Source: a virus
IMG/VR virus record: IMGVR_UViG_3300045988_044169
Location: 1 to 29,033 of that record
Strand: one strand, 5' to 3'
Length of the DNA: 29,033 nt
Below, piece after piece: positions 14,695 through 22,324 of this stretch. Positions within the stretch are counted from its first letter, which is position 1. Each line of letters begins with the position of its first letter. Below the pieces are notes generated by a model, which ran no database searches, was not told the origin of the DNA, and worked only from the letters and a program-made list of their open reading frames with translations. The position numbers and the translations under genes were made by a program.

Positions 14695-15190
14695 CGAAAC
14701 CAGCCTCCGGATCAAGCCTTGATGGCTTCGGTGAGCGTGGCATGGAGCCATGGAACCTGACCTGATGTCTCGAAGCTTCTTCCATGGCTCTGAGCATCGA
14801 GGTGGATACCGTCTGGGTTTCGATGCTGCCCTTCGGGCCTTGGTCTCGATTTCCGATCGGGTTAGGGCATGGAGGAGAGTAGGTCCGTGCTTGGCTTTGG
14901 TGGTCCTCTTACGGCTTGATGCTCTCGGTGCTTTTTCGGTGCTTGTTGGGTCGGAACGTCGCTTTCTTGCGTAAAAGGCCTTTCTGACGGGCTATCGTAT
15001 GTGAAGCCTAACGAGTTATCAGGCTTGCCGTGTAAATCGGTCTGAGGGGCCTTTACGTGCGTTCTAGAGGCATGTGGGGTGGAAAGCGTGTGAGAGAAAT
15101 GCCGTGGATGGATGACTGGGACATGCCGGACTGTCTTACCTTCGATGCTTTTCATGGCTTTGTGGTACACTTGAAGTAACGTCAACATCA
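14695..15190. other. ORF-poor, G+T-rich (plus strand), hairpin-rich noncoding block; candidate structured RNA or decayed gene
   Basis: No convincing ORF. Perfect stems: 14745-14755/14780-14790 (11 bp), 14793-14800/14820-14827 (8 bp), and 14971-14980/15048-15056 enclosing 15004-15009/15021-15026. Direct repeat TCGGTGCTT at 14925 and 14936. In 14881-14940 I count G19 T24 C14 A3, the opposite of the flanking A+C-rich plus strand. Confidence 0.3.
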
Positions 15191-15204
15191 AGAAAGGATC
15201 ACAA

Positions 15205-15450
15205 ATGAGCGTTTACGACACCATCGGCGACAGCCTCGTCGAACGGTACGGAGTCCATTTCAGCGAGGAAGGCGAGCAGAAATCACGCAAGTTCTTCTCA
15301 GGCCTGTGTTTGAAGTTCGGCGATGAGGAAGTCCTCGAGGCTTGGGATACCGCATGCAGGAAGTACGACAATCCCGTGACTGCGATTTCGAAGCTCGGAG
15401 GCATCCTCTACAATCGCAGCCTCTTCAGCTCATTCATCGAAGAAGAGTGA
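15205..15450 (+). CDS. Hypothetical protein (81 aa)
   Basis: AAGAAAGGA RBS. Ordinary-looking acidic sequence. No motif recognised. Confidence 0.5.
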   Translation: MSVYDTIGDSLVERYGVHFSEEGEQKSRKFFSGLCLKFGDEEVLEAWDTACRKYDNPVTAISKLGGILYNRSLFSSFIEEE

Positions 15451-15456
15451 ACACGT

Positions 15457-15486
15457 CGGTGTGTCGTCGAGGAAACGTGTTAGACT
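15457..15486 (+). promoter_or_regulatory. Promoter cassette B: CGGTGTGTCG (1 mismatch) + 14 nt + TAGACT
   Basis: Followed by AAAGACATA, as in cassette F. Lies upstream of a 125-nt structured leader. Confidence 0.4.
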
Positions 15487-15496
15487 AAAGACATAC

Positions 15497-15595
15497 GCCA
15501 TTTCAAGTGCCCCCCGCTTGAGTGGAGCAACAATTTGAAATGGCACGAATCCCATTGATTGCCACCGGGGGGGCCGGTAGCAGCCAGTGGGATTC
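15497..15595 (+). other. Two-hairpin 5-prime leader of the replication initiator gene, with a C6 run and a G7 run
   Basis: GCCATTTCAA/TTGAAATGGC (15497-15506/15535-15544) encloses CCCCCC (15510-15515). GAATCCCA/TGGGATTC (15547-15554/15588-15595) encloses ACCGG-GGGGG-CCGGT (15564-15578). Confidence 0.5.
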
Positions 15596-15617
15596 ACTAT
15601 AATAAAGGATCAATATC

Positions 15618-16382
15618 ATGGCCGCCGTCAAAGACAACAACTTCATCGCAATCCAAGGATGGATGCGTACCCAGCTCAACCTCAAAGGCAACGAGCTACT
15701 CATCTACGCGCTCATCTACGGCTTCTCACAAGACGGGAACTCCAAGTTCTCCGGCACCAGACGATACATCGCAGAATGGTGCGGATGCTCCATGAAGACA
15801 GTCGACAACACCATCGCATCACTCCTCGCCAAGCAGCTCATCGTCAAGCATGAGAAATACGTGAACGGAATCCGCATGTGCGACTACACGGCCGTCCCCC
15901 CGGAAACCGCCACACGGCAGAACGACACGCAAGCCCCCACCGACGCGAAAACCCATACCGAACTCACGACTGAACACAACCCCGCCGAACCACAGCCGCT
16001 CATCGGCGAACCGCAGATCCCCGCACAACCGAAGAAGCCAGACCCCACCGAAGAGGTCGTAAACCACCTCAACCGTCGTGCCGGCACCCAATACAAGCCC
16101 ACCACGGCAAACACACGCAAACTCGTCAAGGCGCGCCTCAAGGAAGGCTTCACCATCGAAGACATGAAACTGGTCATCGACAAGAAATGCTCAGACTGGC
16201 TCAACAACCCGGAAATGGCAAAATTCCTCCGCCCGGAAACCCTCTTCGGTAACAAATTCGAAGGCTACCTCAACGCCAATGCCATGACGCAAAACAACCG
16301 GAACAACAGCTCCAACCACCAGTCAGCCTATTGCGCACCAGTAGCGGACGACGAAAAGCCCAGCTGTTCCTTCGGATGGTGA
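15618..16382 (+). CDS. Replication initiator / replisome organiser (N-terminal HTH plus conserved phage C-terminal domain)
   Basis: VVNHLNRRAGTQYKPTTANTRKLVKARLKEGFTIEDMKLVIDKKCSDWLNNPEMAKFLRPETLFGNKFEGYLN matches the conserved phage C-terminus (Phg_2220_C-type) pattern. It precedes the DnaC-like loader. Confidence 0.8.
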   Translation: MAAVKDNNFIAIQGWMRTQLNLKGNELLIYALIYGFSQDGNSKFSGTRRYIAEWCGCSMKTVDNTIASLLAKQLIVKHEKYVNGIRMCDYTAVPPETATRQNDTQAPTDAKTHTELTTEHNPAEPQPLIGEPQIPAQPKKPDPTEEVVNHLNRRAGTQYKPTTANTRKLVKARLKEGFTIEDMKLVIDKKCSDWLNNPEMAKFLRPETLFGNKFEGYLNANAMTQNNRNNSSNHQSAYCAPVADDEKPSCSFGW

Positions 16383-16417
16383 CGCACAATAAGCAGACAT
16401 CGACCACACGTAAACCA

Positions 16418-16458
16418 CGACACGCCGGTAACACAATGCCAGCGACACGTGAGATAAC
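16418..16458 (+). promoter_or_regulatory. Promoter cassette G: inverted 10-mer CGACACGCCG + 25 nt + GATAAC
   Basis: Perfect reverse-complement copy of the 10-mer, in the gap before the loader gene. Confidence 0.35.
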
Positions 16459-16487
16459 ATTGACACAGATAGCAGAAAGGAGCCACA

Positions 16488-17333
16488 ATGGAAACCAACA
16501 TCATCGAAAACATACTCCACGAAGCAAGCCAAGACAGCCACTACGAAAAAGGCGACTACCTCAACGAAAACGGCCTCCTCATGTGCGGCAAATGCCACAC
16601 CCCAAAACAATGCCGCTTCATCGCCACATGGGACGGCAAGGAAAAGAAACCGTACACGCTCTGCGACTGCGCGCGCGAACGCCAGAACGCAGAAGAACAG
16701 GCACGACAGGCGCAAAACCTCCGCATCGAAATAAACCGGCTCCGCAAACTCGGCTTCCCCGACAGTGAAATGGCCGACTGGACATTCAACACCGACGACG
16801 GAACAAACAAAACAGCCTCCGACATCGCACACCGATACGTCGACAACTTCGCTGAAATGAAGAGGCACGGCAAAGGACTACTGTTCTACGGCCCCGTCGG
16901 TACCGGCAAAACGTTCCTCGCGGCATGCATCGCCAACGAGCTCATCAGCCAAGGCCGTCCATGCCTCGTAACCAACTTCGCACGGATCACGAACACCCTC
17001 CAAGGAATGTTCGACGGCAAGCAGCGTTACCTCGACGACCTAAACCGGCTGGACCTGCTCGTCATCGACGATCTAAGTGCGGAACGAGACACATCCTATA
17101 TGAACGAAATGGTCTTCAACATCATCGACTCTCGATACCGGAGCGGAAAGCCACTCATCCTCACAACCAACCTCTCAAAAGAAGAGATGATAAATCAGCC
17201 AAACACCGACAAACAGCGCATCTACAGCCGCCTAGTCGAAATGTGTTTCCCCGTTGAAGTTAAAAACGTGGACAGACGGAAAAAGAAGGCTCAAGAAGAC
17301 TCGGCAGACCTGAGAAGACTCCTTAACCTATAG
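16488..17333 (+). CDS. DnaC/IstB-like AAA+ helicase loader
   Basis: Walker A GPVGTGKT, Walker B LLVIDDL, then SAERDT and LILTTNL. Confidence 0.85.
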   Translation: METNIIENILHEASQDSHYEKGDYLNENGLLMCGKCHTPKQCRFIATWDGKEKKPYTLCDCARERQNAEEQARQAQNLRIEINRLRKLGFPDSEMADWTFNTDDGTNKTASDIAHRYVDNFAEMKRHGKGLLFYGPVGTGKTFLAACIANELISQGRPCLVTNFARITNTLQGMFDGKQRYLDDLNRLDLLVIDDLSAERDTSYMNEMVFNIIDSRYRSGKPLILTTNLSKEEMINQPNTDKQRIYSRLVEMCFPVEVKNVDRRKKKAQEDSADLRRLLNL

Positions 17334-17343
17334 GACAGGACAA

Positions 17344-17375
17344 GGCGACACGTGTAAAAACGTGCCGCCTTTTTT
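17344..17375 (+). terminator. Rho-independent terminator
   Basis: GGCGACACG-tgtaaaaa-CGTGCCGCC (one mismatch) followed by TTTTTT. Confidence 0.7.
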
Positions 17376-17384
17376 GCCCTACAT

Positions 17385-17415
17385 CGGCGTGTCGGACCAC
17401 GTTTGTGGGTATAGT
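17385..17415 (+). promoter_or_regulatory. Promoter cassette C: CGGCGTGTCG + 15 nt + TATAGT + conserved leader
   Basis: Leader TATAGTGTTAAATATCAGGCAAGGAG resembles cassettes D, E and F. Confidence 0.55.
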
Positions 17416-17470
17416 GTTAAATATCAGGCAAGGAGAACACCAAGCCTCCAAAACAAAAAGGAAACCCAAA

Positions 17471-17767
17471 ATGAACAAGAACGACAACATACACACCCTC
17501 TCCGTCATCCTCAACGGATGCCTACCTTACGAATACGACCAGAAGCTCACCGACAACGAAACCACCCTCGCCATCACCAAGGAAGGCTCCGACCTCACCA
17601 TGTACGTCAGCACCGACGTAAACAACGGCGACGACTTCATAGTGACCTACGGCCGCGACGACCCAACCATGGGCTACTACACGACATACGAGACCTTCCG
17701 CTGGACTACCGAAGACGAGCAAATCCCCCTCGACACCATCCTCAAAGACATCATGTCCTGCCTCTGA
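17471..17767 (+). CDS. Small very acidic protein (98 aa)
   Basis: Track ORF trimmed to ATG 17471 (AAAAGGAAAC upstream). By my count 12 Asp + 6 Glu against 4 Lys + 2 Arg. Confidence 0.6.
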   Translation: MNKNDNIHTLSVILNGCLPYEYDQKLTDNETTLAITKEGSDLTMYVSTDVNNGDDFIVTYGRDDPTMGYYTTYETFRWTTEDEQIPLDTILKDIMSCL

Positions 17768-17797
17768 CAACCCATCAAACATAGAAAAGAACCCAGA

Positions 17798-18088
17798 ATG
17801 AACCTCGACACCAACACCCTCGCCACCGAAATCTCCAACGCACTAACCGCCACCAGCGAAGACTACACGACAACCGTCGTCGACCTCGACATATACGGCG
17901 CCTCCTGCGAAATCACCAAGTACGGCTCAAACAGAAAACTGCACCTCACTCCAGTCGACGACAACCTGATCGACATGATCCTGTTCGATGAGACCGGAAA
18001 CACGATCGCAAGCGGCACCCTATTCAACGAAGCCGTCACTGACATCACTCCGGAAGAACTCGCCAACCTCGTCACGATCTGCCTCTAA
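17798..18088 (+). CDS. Small very acidic protein (96 aa)
   Basis: By my count 9 Asp + 7 Glu against 2 Lys + 1 Arg. It ends in ...CL, as does the preceding protein. Confidence 0.6.
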   Translation: MNLDTNTLATEISNALTATSEDYTTTVVDLDIYGASCEITKYGSNRKLHLTPVDDNLIDMILFDETGNTIASGTLFNEAVTDITPEELANLVTICL

Positions 18089-18099
18089 AAGGAGAAACA

Positions 18100-18552
18100 A
18101 TGAGCCGCAAGAAAAAGGAACCGGTCATCGTCGACCTAAACGACGCCGACATGATGAACTGGATCAACGAAATGCGAAACAGCCAACCATCCGCGGCTGA
18201 ACGACGCAAAATCAGTGACTACCGGTATTACCACCGACACAAGGAAGAACGAGCTGAAGCGAACCGCAAATGGAGGGAAGCACACGCCGAACATTACGCA
18301 GAGAAACAAAAGGAATACCACAGCAACCCAAAGACCCTAAAAAAGAAGCGCGAAGCAGCTCGAGAACGCTACCACTCCGACTCCGAATGGAGGGAAACGA
18401 TGCTCGCCAGACAAAGGGAACGCTACCACGCTATGACCCCGGAACAGAGAGCTGAATACGTACGGAAACAGAGGGAGCGGGCCCGCATACGACGAGCCAA
18501 CGACAAAGCCAAGAAACTCAAAACCGAAACCACCCGAAAGGAACAAGCATGA
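18100..18552 (+). CDS. Highly basic Arg/Lys/Glu-rich helical protein with repeated RERYH motif
   Basis: GGAGAAAC RBS. RERYH occurs twice, with the related KEYH and YRYYHRH. 4-nt overlap with the next gene. Confidence 0.6.
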   Translation: MSRKKKEPVIVDLNDADMMNWINEMRNSQPSAAERRKISDYRYYHRHKEERAEANRKWREAHAEHYAEKQKEYHSNPKTLKKKREAARERYHSDSEWRETMLARQRERYHAMTPEQRAEYVRKQRERARIRRANDKAKKLKTETTRKEQA

Positions 18553-18902
18553 ACAACAGCATCGACCATCCAACCCATTACACCGACCGCAACATCGGCT
18601 ACGAATGCATCGTTCTCACCAAATACCAATACTTCTGCGCCGGAAACGTTATCAAATACCTGTGGAGGCACAAGTCAAAAGGACACTCAACCGAAGACCT
18701 GAAAAAAGCACGATGGTACGCACGACTCGCAGCCACAAGACACGAAGTGACGTACACGACAAGCACATGCGGGATCATCCTGCACAAACTGGTGCAATCA
18801 ACCGACGGCTTGGAACGTGTCGCATGGTACGGTGTCCGTACCAGCGCATGGCATACCGTCATCAAAGCTTTGGACCGAATGATAGAGGGGGAAAACGAAT
18901 GA
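18549..18902 (+). CDS. DUF3310-like protein
   Basis: HPTHYT ... GNVIKYLWRHKSKGHSTEDLKKARWY matches the DUF3310 pattern (HPxHY ... GNxxKYxxR ... DLxKAxxY). Confidence 0.75.
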   Translation: MNNSIDHPTHYTDRNIGYECIVLTKYQYFCAGNVIKYLWRHKSKGHSTEDLKKARWYARLAATRHEVTYTTSTCGIILHKLVQSTDGLERVAWYGVRTSAWHTVIKALDRMIEGENE

Positions 18903-19075
18903 CACGCAAACTTCACGACGTCCAGATCGAAAGAGTCATGGCAGAACACTACCTTTTCGACCTTGACCAGCCGGTCAAAAAGACCGCCGAAATCCTCGCC
19001 ATGGACGAGGACTATGTCAGGAAGATTCACGACGACTACGTCAGATTCATCCTGCCGACAAGGAGAAGCGAATGA
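18899..19075 (+). CDS. Small putative DNA-binding protein (58 aa)
   Basis: Below the track cutoff in its own frame. ATGA overlap with the upstream gene. TAEILAMDEDYVRKI is HTH-like. Confidence 0.4.
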   Translation: MTRKLHDVQIERVMAEHYLFDLDQPVKKTAEILAMDEDYVRKIHDDYVRFILPTRRSE

Positions 19076-19242
19076 AGAAAGCAATGAAGAACCAGATCAC
19101 CAAATGGTATGAGGCCGGACTGACGGTCAACGAAATGGCCCCGATCATCCCGCAATACTCCAAGCCGGAAATCGAAGCCGTCATCAAGGAATACAGGAAG
19201 GAAAAGGAATGGGAACGGTTGACTGGTGGCTCGTGGTCCTAA
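19072..19242 (+). CDS. Small putative HTH protein (56 aa)
   Basis: Hand translation: MKKAMKNQITKWYEAGLTVNEMAPIIPQYSKPEIEAVIKEYRKEKEWERLTGGSWS. ATGA overlap with the upstream gene. Confidence 0.4.
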   Translation: MKKAMKNQITKWYEAGLTVNEMAPIIPQYSKPEIEAVIKEYRKEKEWERLTGGSWS

Positions 19243-19305
19243 TGATCGCGATCACGATCCTTATCTCCTATAAGGGAAGATAAGAGCGGGAAACCCGACA
19301 GTTCA

Positions 19306-19347
19306 CGGCGTGTCGCACCTAGTGTGGCACGCATTTTGTGTTATAGT
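19306..19347 (+). promoter_or_regulatory. Promoter cassette D: CGGCGTGTCG + 26 nt + TATAGT + conserved leader
   Basis: The 10-mer is part of an imperfect palindrome: GCGTGTCGCAC-cta-GTGTGGCACGC. Leader: TATAGTAAACATATCAAGCAAGGAG. Confidence 0.55.
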
Positions 19348-19393
19348 AAACATATCAAGCAAGGAGCTTGACAAACACAAAAAGGAGCAAACA

Positions 19394-19750
19394 ATGAACG
19401 CCATCACCACAGACGAAATCAAAACCATGATGCACGACATCGACGTACGCCTCGACCAGAAAAGCCATTACACCACCGACGTCATGCAGAAAGGCACCAT
19501 CTACCACGTCGGCGACCACAAATACGTCACACTCGACGACTATGCGCAAACCTTCGAAGACTACGAATGGAGCCGCGACGGTGCAGAATGGGCCTGCTAC
19601 CTATACACGCTCACCAAAAACAACCCGGAACGCATCGACTTCTACACGCAGGCATACAACATCGGAGGCATGGAAACACTTGAAACGCTCTACAACAACG
19701 TAACCGAATCAACGCCAATGACCATCGTCTACCCAATCTACAAGCACTGA
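19394..19750 (+). CDS. Hypothetical acidic protein (118 aa)
   Basis: Track ORF trimmed to ATG 19394 (AAAGGAG lies 7 nt upstream). Confidence 0.6.
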   Translation: MNAITTDEIKTMMHDIDVRLDQKSHYTTDVMQKGTIYHVGDHKYVTLDDYAQTFEDYEWSRDGAEWACYLYTLTKNNPERIDFYTQAYNIGGMETLETLYNNVTESTPMTIVYPIYKH

Positions 19751-19780
19751 CAGCCAACACCACAAAAGGAACCCCACAAA

Positions 19781-20374
19781 ATGGAAAACAACAACCTCAA
19801 CAGGAAATTCGCTGAAGTCCTCAACGAAGTCCCTAACTTCAGCACCGACGAAACCGCACAAGCCGGCAACCGCACCTACAAGTACCTCAACCTCGCCACC
19901 CTACTCAAGACCGTCAAACCAGTCTTCGCAAAACACGGACTCGCATTCACCCAAAAAGTCACCTACACCCACGGAGGAGACGGAAGACAAATCCTCGGCA
20001 CCATCGAAACCATCATTTTCGACGACACCGATCAGATGACGGTCTGCGAATACCCGTTCTTCGTTACTGGAGACCCACAGCAAGTCGGAAGCGCCATCAC
20101 CTACGCACGACGCTACAGCCTCACCACCATCCTCGGCATCTTCCCAGACAAGGATGACGACGGAGCATACGCACGACAGCAGTACGAGACCGCCGACAAG
20201 CCAATCGGAGCCGACCAGTACGCCACGCTCGTCAAGGCAATGGACGCACACGCCATTCCAACGGAAGCACGAGGCGAATTCATCAACGGTACACTCAACC
20301 GGCCGGTCAGGGGCTGGAAAGGCATCACCCAGTCCGACATGACGAAACTCATGAACGCCATCAACAGGATGTGA
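19781..20374 (+). CDS. erf: ERF-family single-strand annealing protein
   Basis: YKYLNLATLLKTVKPVFAKHGLAF ... GSAITYARRYSLTTILGI matches ERF family signatures. Confidence 0.85.
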   Translation: MENNNLNRKFAEVLNEVPNFSTDETAQAGNRTYKYLNLATLLKTVKPVFAKHGLAFTQKVTYTHGGDGRQILGTIETIIFDDTDQMTVCEYPFFVTGDPQQVGSAITYARRYSLTTILGIFPDKDDDGAYARQQYETADKPIGADQYATLVKAMDAHAIPTEARGEFINGTLNRPVRGWKGITQSDMTKLMNAINRM

Positions 20375-20381
20375 CAAGGAT

Positions 20382-20413
20382 AAAAGCCCCGACATGCACA
20401 CGGCGGGGCTTTT
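20382..20413 (+). terminator. Rho-independent terminator (A-run upstream, so possibly bidirectional)
   Basis: AAAAGCCCCG-N12-CGGGGCTTTT. Confidence 0.65.
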
Positions 20414-20448
20414 ACCATATCAGGAACACAATGGAGGAGGGAAGAAAA

Positions 20449-20490
20449 CGACACGCCGGCATGTTCCCCTACCTCCCCAAATGATATAGT
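20449..20490 (+). promoter_or_regulatory. Promoter cassette E: inverted 10-mer CGACACGCCG + 26 nt + TATAGT + conserved leader
   Basis: Leader: TATAGTAAGAATATCAACCAAGAAAGGAAGG. Lies upstream of the exonuclease gene. Confidence 0.5.
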
Positions 20491-20517
20491 AAGAATATCA
20501 ACCAAGAAAGGAAGGCA

Positions 20518-21423
20518 ATGAAAATCATCAACCTCTCACAAGCAAACAACACCGACGCATGGCTCAACGAACGCATCGGCCGCATCACCGGCACCAAAAG
20601 CAGCAGCCTAGCCCTCGAACCATACACGCCAATCAACATCGGAAAACTCACAGAATCACGAAACAAAGCACTAGAACAATCCAAAACAGCGAAAACACCA
20701 GAGAAAACCGCCGAATACTACCAGAAAGCACGAGAATACGACAAACAAATAATCGAAGCCGAAACCAAAAACAAACGATTCAAGACCGGCATCGAATTCT
20801 GGAAATTCCTCGCAGAAACACTCGCCGACCAGCCAGACAACGAACCACCAATGGAACGAGGACACAGACTCGAACCGGAAAACATCCAACACACACTATA
20901 CGAACTCGGCTATCAGCCAGAAACCTGCATCACGGACTGCGGCATCTGGGAAAGCGATGAAGACAATCGCATCGCGTGCAGCCCAGACGCCTACGAAAAC
21001 GCCGAAAACCCCACATGGGCCATCGAGTGCAAAAGCCTAGGCTCCGCCTACCACCTGCAAACAGTCATCCCATGGATGACACACAATCAGGCCATCGGCA
21101 AAAAAACCATGCCACTGGAACTAGTCGACATGGCCGACCGAATCCTACCGGAATACACCCTAGAACAGCAAGCCACCGGATTCGACTTCGTACCAGACAA
21201 ATACAAGGCGCAAGTGCTTCAATACTTTGTCGTCTGCGACTCCCTCAACACATTGTACTTCTCCATGTACGACCCACGAGTCTTCGGAGAAGCCCGACAC
21301 CAAATCATCCCCATACACAGAAAGGACATCAAAACGCTAATCGCCAACCACAAACAACGACAACTCGTTACACTCCACCTCGTCGACACCATCTCGAAAA
21401 TGACAGGAGCTACATTCCAATGA
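20518..21423 (+). CDS. YqaJ-type (lambda Exo-like) recombination exonuclease
   Basis: WLNERIGRITGTKSSSL ... ERGHRLEPENI ... IACSPDAY ... WAIECKS fits the YqaJ PD-(D/E)XK pattern. It is paired with Erf. Confidence 0.8.
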   Translation: MKIINLSQANNTDAWLNERIGRITGTKSSSLALEPYTPINIGKLTESRNKALEQSKTAKTPEKTAEYYQKAREYDKQIIEAETKNKRFKTGIEFWKFLAETLADQPDNEPPMERGHRLEPENIQHTLYELGYQPETCITDCGIWESDEDNRIACSPDAYENAENPTWAIECKSLGSAYHLQTVIPWMTHNQAIGKKTMPLELVDMADRILPEYTLEQQATGFDFVPDKYKAQVLQYFVVCDSLNTLYFSMYDPRVFGEARHQIIPIHRKDIKTLIANHKQRQLVTLHLVDTISKMTGATFQ

Positions 21424-21698
21424 CCATCGACACCCTCATTCAAAGCAAAGACATCTACGTGGTCTTCGATGGATGCCCAACCTGCCATCCGAAAAGCTCA
21501 AAATACCTCGACGAATGCCGAATGCAAGCACAGAAAACACGACAACAACTACACGTCATACCATCAGGCAGCCAAACGGCCACACTGATGAGACTCATCG
21601 CCCAAAACCAAGGACGACGCATCGAATACCCAATGATCCTCACGGACGGCATCATCCGATACGATCCACAGGACATCACCGAAAAGAGCCACAAATGA
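21420..21698 (+). CDS. Glutaredoxin/NrdH-like small redox protein (92 aa)
   Basis: Internal start of track ORF 20976..21698, with ATGA overlap to the upstream gene. Contains VVFDGCPTCHP (a CxxC motif). Confidence 0.6.
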   Translation: MTIDTLIQSKDIYVVFDGCPTCHPKSSKYLDECRMQAQKTRQQLHVIPSGSQTATLMRLIAQNQGRRIEYPMILTDGIIRYDPQDITEKSHK

Positions 21699-22030
21699 AA
21701 ACAGAATGGTGGACTGCAGTCATTACAGCCGGACTCACTGCCGGATACGCCGTCACGACGACGCAACTCTCACCGGGACCCGCATACATCTTCAGCAAAC
21801 TCAGAAAACGACTCACATCCAAAACCGAAAACCAAGCCAACGACCTGACATCCAGTCTCGGAGAACTCGCCTACTGCGGATGGTGCCTCAGTCCATACAT
21901 GACACTCCCCATCTGGACCGCAGCCGCTAAAGCCTCCAACATCCGCTTCGGATTCAAATGGCTCACCGGATGGACCACCGCAACAGCCATCGCCGCATAC
22001 TACAGGCATCAAGCAGAAAGCAGAATCTAA
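21695..22030 (+). CDS. Membrane protein (DUF1360-like)
   Basis: Internal start of track ORF 21473..22030, with ATGA overlap. Hydrophobic spans and a CGWCLSPY motif. Confidence 0.55.
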   Translation: MKTEWWTAVITAGLTAGYAVTTTQLSPGPAYIFSKLRKRLTSKTENQANDLTSSLGELAYCGWCLSPYMTLPIWTAAAKASNIRFGFKWLTGWTTATAIAAYYRHQAESRI

Positions 22031-22317
22031 TGCACAACATCCCGCAATGCCACGTGATCGTCCTCCTCCATCTGATCGAGGAGCCAACCACCCAAGAACA
22101 CCTGACCGCGATAGCCCCGAAACTGGGTTGTTCCGACACTCCGCAAAGCCTAAGAAGCCGCATGGTCGAACTTGAACGGGGCGGATACGTCCACCGCGTC
22201 GACAGAAACGGCGTCAGCAGCCACAATCGCCCATGCTGGCGATGGCAGCTCACCAAGAAAGGTAAAGACCTCGTCCAAGAACTCCTCGACCCAACCGCGT
22301 CAGCCGAAAGGAAATGA
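22030..22317 (+). CDS. Winged-helix (MarR-like) transcriptional regulator
   Basis: TAATG overlap with the upstream gene. EHLTAIAPKLGCSDTPQSLRSRMVELERGGYVHRV ... WQLTKKG fits a wHTH pattern. Confidence 0.6.
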   Translation: MHNIPQCHVIVLLHLIEEPTTQEHLTAIAPKLGCSDTPQSLRSRMVELERGGYVHRVDRNGVSSHNRPCWRWQLTKKGKDLVQELLDPTASAERK

Positions 22318-22324
22318 GAACACC

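Noticed and set aside
14543-15191. Track ORFs 14543-14797 (-), 14750-14974 (+) and 14862-15191 (-) as protein genes, for example a hidden repressor.
   Set aside because: They have no SD sequences. Third-codon positions are mixed rather than showing the strong bias of real genes here. The products are basic, low-complexity sequence, and the ORFs run through the iteron block and the perfect helices. A decayed gene remains possible (see the finding at 14695-15190).
15497-15595. The C-rich loop hairpins as an actinobacterial 6C-type RNA.
   Set aside because: Each strand has only one C-run loop; the other loop is a G-run. The element lies in an mRNA leader and has no terminator of its own. I keep it as a leader structure only.
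17343-17352. Extra CGACACG heptamers at 17346 and 16443 as additional copies of the promoter 10-mer.
   Set aside because: They match only 7 of 10 positions. One is simply the left arm of the terminator stem at 17344-17369.
19209-19283. 24-codon hydrophobic mini-ORF (MGTVDWWLVVLMIAITILISYKGR) overlapping the end of the 19072 gene.
   Set aside because: An AGGAAGGA lies upstream and the hydrophobicity is suggestive. It is too short to support without expression or conservation data, so I do not report it as a feature.
19325-19339. TGGCAC-N5-TTGT within cassette D as a sigma-54 promoter.
   Set aside because: The downstream TTGC element is not conserved in the sister cassette F (TGGCAC-gccga-TTAT). 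The TGGCAC is better explained as the right arm of the imperfect palindrome formed with the 10-mer.
20559-20960. 133-aa plus-strand off-frame ORF inside the exonuclease gene. Similar ORFs lie at 16331-16768, 16925-17257 and 17362-17784.
   Set aside because: These are off-frame low-complexity translations. The in-frame genes have recognisable YqaJ and DnaC motifs.
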